The notes beneath the pieces are model-generated. The model was not told the origin of the DNA. It ran no database searches and worked only from the letters and a program-made list of their open reading frames with translations. From Octopus sinensis (taxonomy: Eukaryota), in assembly GCF_006345805.1 (NCBI RefSeq), contig NW_021829653.1:1-38886 (forward strand): a stretch of 38,886 bases of DNA, read 5' to 3'. Position numbers and translations under genes: made by a program. Below are positions 36,087 to 38,886 of the stretch, in pieces; positions within the stretch are counted from its first letter, which is position 1, and every line of letters begins with the position of its first letter.

Positions 36087-36214
36087 ACACACACACACAC
36101 ACCACACATATATATATACATACATACTACTAGTTCTAAAATCTAACAGATCAACGCAGTAGTTATACTGACAAGTAATATTCGTAGCCACTTATATATA
36201 TATAAATATATATA

Positions 36215-36390
36215 TAAAGTTAATCCAAACATGAAAACACAAAGAGAAAACACAACAACGCTCAGGAAAGGAAAGAAAGAAGGAGGATTCAACGTTTCGA
36301 GCGGAGCTCTTCGTCAGAAACATAGGAAAAGGAAAGATCCAAGGAAGGGAAGACGGAGGAAAAAAAATCGCCAACGATACACACGCGGTG

Positions 36391-36392
<2 letters not shown>
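36215..36392 (-). mobile_element. Penelope-like-element terminal fragment carrying a hammerhead motif
   Basis: Short non-coding unit between microsatellites that contains the motif below. The association of minimal type I hammerheads with Penelope-like elements is established knowledge. Confidence 0.55.
36287..36321 (-). ncRNA. Minimal type I hammerhead ribozyme motif
   Basis: The minus strand reads GUUU-CUGACGA-A-GAGC(UCC)GCUC-GAAAC-GUU-GAAU: conserved core CUGANGA and GAAA, a 4-bp helix II, palindromic ACGU in place of helix III, and a weak 4-bp helix I with wobbles. Confidence 0.65.
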
Positions 36393-36425
<33 letters not shown>

Positions 36426-37176
36426 CACACACATATATATATACATACACACACACACACATATATATATATACATACATATACTACACTCACACACACG
36501 TGAGTATATATTACACTCAAACACACGTTTGTATTTGAAATCAGAGGCAAAAATTAATGGGTATAGTAAAATAGTAAAAATCATAAACATACATAATACG
36601 TACACACACACACACACACACACACACATCTTCGAAGCTGCGATCCGCTCTCCCAGCACTATTTATACAGGTACAAACAGAACGAGCATTCCGAACATAT
36701 TTTCCGACGACTAAGTTTTACGAAAATGGATTTGGACGAAGCTCAGCCATGCAATATAACACTAAAAGACAAAAAAAAAAAAAAACACACCTTATCGCTG
36801 GGATCAAGGTTGAAGCTAAGCGAGAGCAAACTTCTTAACTAGAAAATCATACGATCGCCAATATACTTAGTACGTGCGCTTCTTTGTGTACGTACATCGA
36901 AAAAAACCCCATATAAATGTGTGTTTTTTTTTCTTTTAAGAGTTGCAGCTAGAAACGTACTCTAGTCATAAAAAATGGTGAAATAGGCAAAAAGTAAAAT
37001 GGAAGAAAATGGGAGGATGAAGATGAGTTTTGGTTTTGAAAATCGGTCTAAAAAATATCTCTGTATCTTTGGTGAATTTTTTATGCTTATAGATCTGAAT
37101 ACTGAATTGGCACGTACGCGGACAGAAGTTAACCGGATTCATTCCATCGAATAGTTTGGTTTCATTACGACCAACA

Positions 37177-37274
<98 letters not shown>

Positions 37275-37296
37275 ACTATCTATCTATCTATCTATC

Positions 37297-37355
<59 letters not shown>

Positions 37356-37405
37356 ATCTATCTATCTATCTATATATCTATCTATCTATTTATCACTCTA
37401 TCTTA

Positions 37406-37444
<39 letters not shown>

Positions 37445-37500
37445 CTATCTATCATCTATCTATCTATCATCTATCTATCTATCTACCTATCTGTCTATCT
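37177..37500. repeat. (TATC)n tract with an embedded (CT)n run
   Basis: Direct reading. Confidence 0.95.
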
Positions 37501-37565
37501 ATTAATCCATCTATAAATATACATGCATGCATATATACATATATAAAGCCACACACGCACTATAT

Positions 37566-37925
37566 AGGAGCAGACGTAGCTACGTGGTTAGAAGCTCTCT
37601 TTAGAAGCATATGGATTCGGGTTCAGTCCAGTGCAGGGCACCTTAGGCAAGTGTCTTCTGCTATAACCCCCAAAACATGCAATGCCTCATGAGTAAATCT
37701 GGTAGACGGTAACTGTGTGGAAGTCTGTCGCATATGAATATATATATATATTTGTGTGTGTGTATGTGTGTATGTGTGTGTGTGTGTCTGTGTATGTATA
37801 TTTTGTGTATTTGTATTGTGTCTGTGATTGTTCTTCCCACTGCTTGACGGCAGCTGTTGGTTTGCTTACGTCCCTGTAATTTAGCGCTTCGGTGTTGATT
37901 TGTTCGATTAAATCACTTCAAAGCG
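37566..37925 (+). mobile_element. Old, diverged SINE A-type copy
   Basis: GGGTTCAGTCCAGTGCAGGGCACCTTAGGCAAGTGTCTTCTG, plus TGGTAGACGGTAACTG and a shortened 3' half. Confidence 0.72.
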
Positions 37926-38439
37926 ATGTTGTTGTTCTTCTTCGTATTTTTTTCTTGGACCGAATATATCAGCTTTTGGAGACCTATAATTGGAAATAGA
38001 AAAATTGGAAAGATATCGCATAAAACAGTGAAATATTTGTTCAGTTTCGTTCCAAACAATTCCAAGAACCTGTTTCATTAATTTTGATTTTATTATAAAT
38101 TCTGTCAGCGTTCCATAAATCGAAACAGCCTCTTCCGGTTGCAATAACAAGAAAGCGGAAATGGAAATCATGGCAGTTCAGAGACGGTCCTATCCATCAA
38201 CGTAGAGACAATATTATAGAAATATTGCTGCAATAACAAACTTCAAAGTTAACTGAAAATGCTGCATTAAAAATAGTCTGAGAAGGAAAGGAGGAGGGAG
38301 AAGGAGAAAGAGGACAAGGAGGAGAGGGAGAGAGTGAAAAATGAGGCGGAATAGAAGAAAAGAGGGCAAGAACATAGAAACGGAAAACCGAAAGTAACCA
38401 TCAAGCCACGCACCATCACTCCTTAATCATAAGTCATGG

Positions 38440-38873
38440 CTTAGAGATTCAGTGTGGCACAGAATAGGACAATGCTGGCCCTTTGAGTTACAAATAAGCT
38501 TCATTTTTGCCAGCTGAGTAGAGTTGAGCAACGTGAAATAAAGACAGAACGCGCCGCTGGAAATCGATCTCACGACTTAACGATCGTGAGCCGCATATCC
38601 TAACCTATTTCTTTACTACCCACAAGGGGCCAAACACAGAGCGGACAAACAAGGACAGACAAAAGGATTAAGTCGATTATATCGACCCCAGTGCGTAACT
38701 GGTACTTCATTTATCGACCCCGAAAGGATGAAAGGCAAAGTCGACCTCGGCGGAATTTGAACTCACAACGTAACGCAGACGAAATACCGCTAAGCATTTC
38801 GCCCGGCGTGCTAACGTGTCTGCCAGCTCGCCGCCTTGAGCCGCATATCCTAACCACTGAGCCATGCACCTTC
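38440..38873 (-). mobile_element. SINE D head/CORE-like centre with tail T1, interrupted by a SINE B
   Basis: TTTTTGCCAGCTGAGTAGAGTTGAGCAACGTGAAAT is the reverse of the D centre. TTCAGTGTGGCACAGAATAGGACAATGCTGGCCCTTTGA resembles tail T1 at 30233-30270. Confidence 0.75.
38606..38836 (-). mobile_element. SINE family B monomer nested in the head of SINE D
   Basis: 19-bp TSD TGAGCCGCATATCCTAACC at 38587-38605 and 38837-38855. Confidence 0.94.
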
Positions 38874-38886
38874 ACAACGCCGACAC

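Noticed and set aside
680-36714. The many YI/HT/CV/LSI-rich ORFs and recurring peptides such as SFSFRLPNP or CNWYLFNRP
   Set aside because: They are translations of microsatellites and SINE copies.
37908-38171. 87-aa non-repetitive minus-strand ORF
   Set aside because: No recognisable domain, weak splice sites, the 3' end overlaps a SINE remnant, and the length is within chance expectation.

Overview
This window is non-coding, repeat-saturated animal DNA. The SINE families and microsatellite load look like octopus/coleoid cephalopod, which is an inference from recalled repeat sequences and not a database result. No intact protein-coding gene can be supported; nearly all listed ORFs are microsatellite read-throughs or SINE translations. 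Contents: (1) a decayed DD37D (maT-type) Tc1/mariner transposase at the left edge. (2) A ~4.1 kb satellite of 22 x 184-bp units built from one tRNA-derived SINE, with a 5-unit higher-order structure. (3) About 35 SINE copies of four head types, here labelled A, B, C and D, with swapped tails, TSDs and nested insertions. (4) Four copies of a 29-bp-TIR, 8-bp-TSD MITE carrying TTAGGG repeats. (5) Two non-autonomous Helitrons sharing a palindromic 3' end. (6) A mariner MITE. (7) A Penelope-type minimal hammerhead ribozyme motif. (8) An isolated 36-bp-stem hairpin. All alignments were made by eye, so element boundaries may be off by a few bases.
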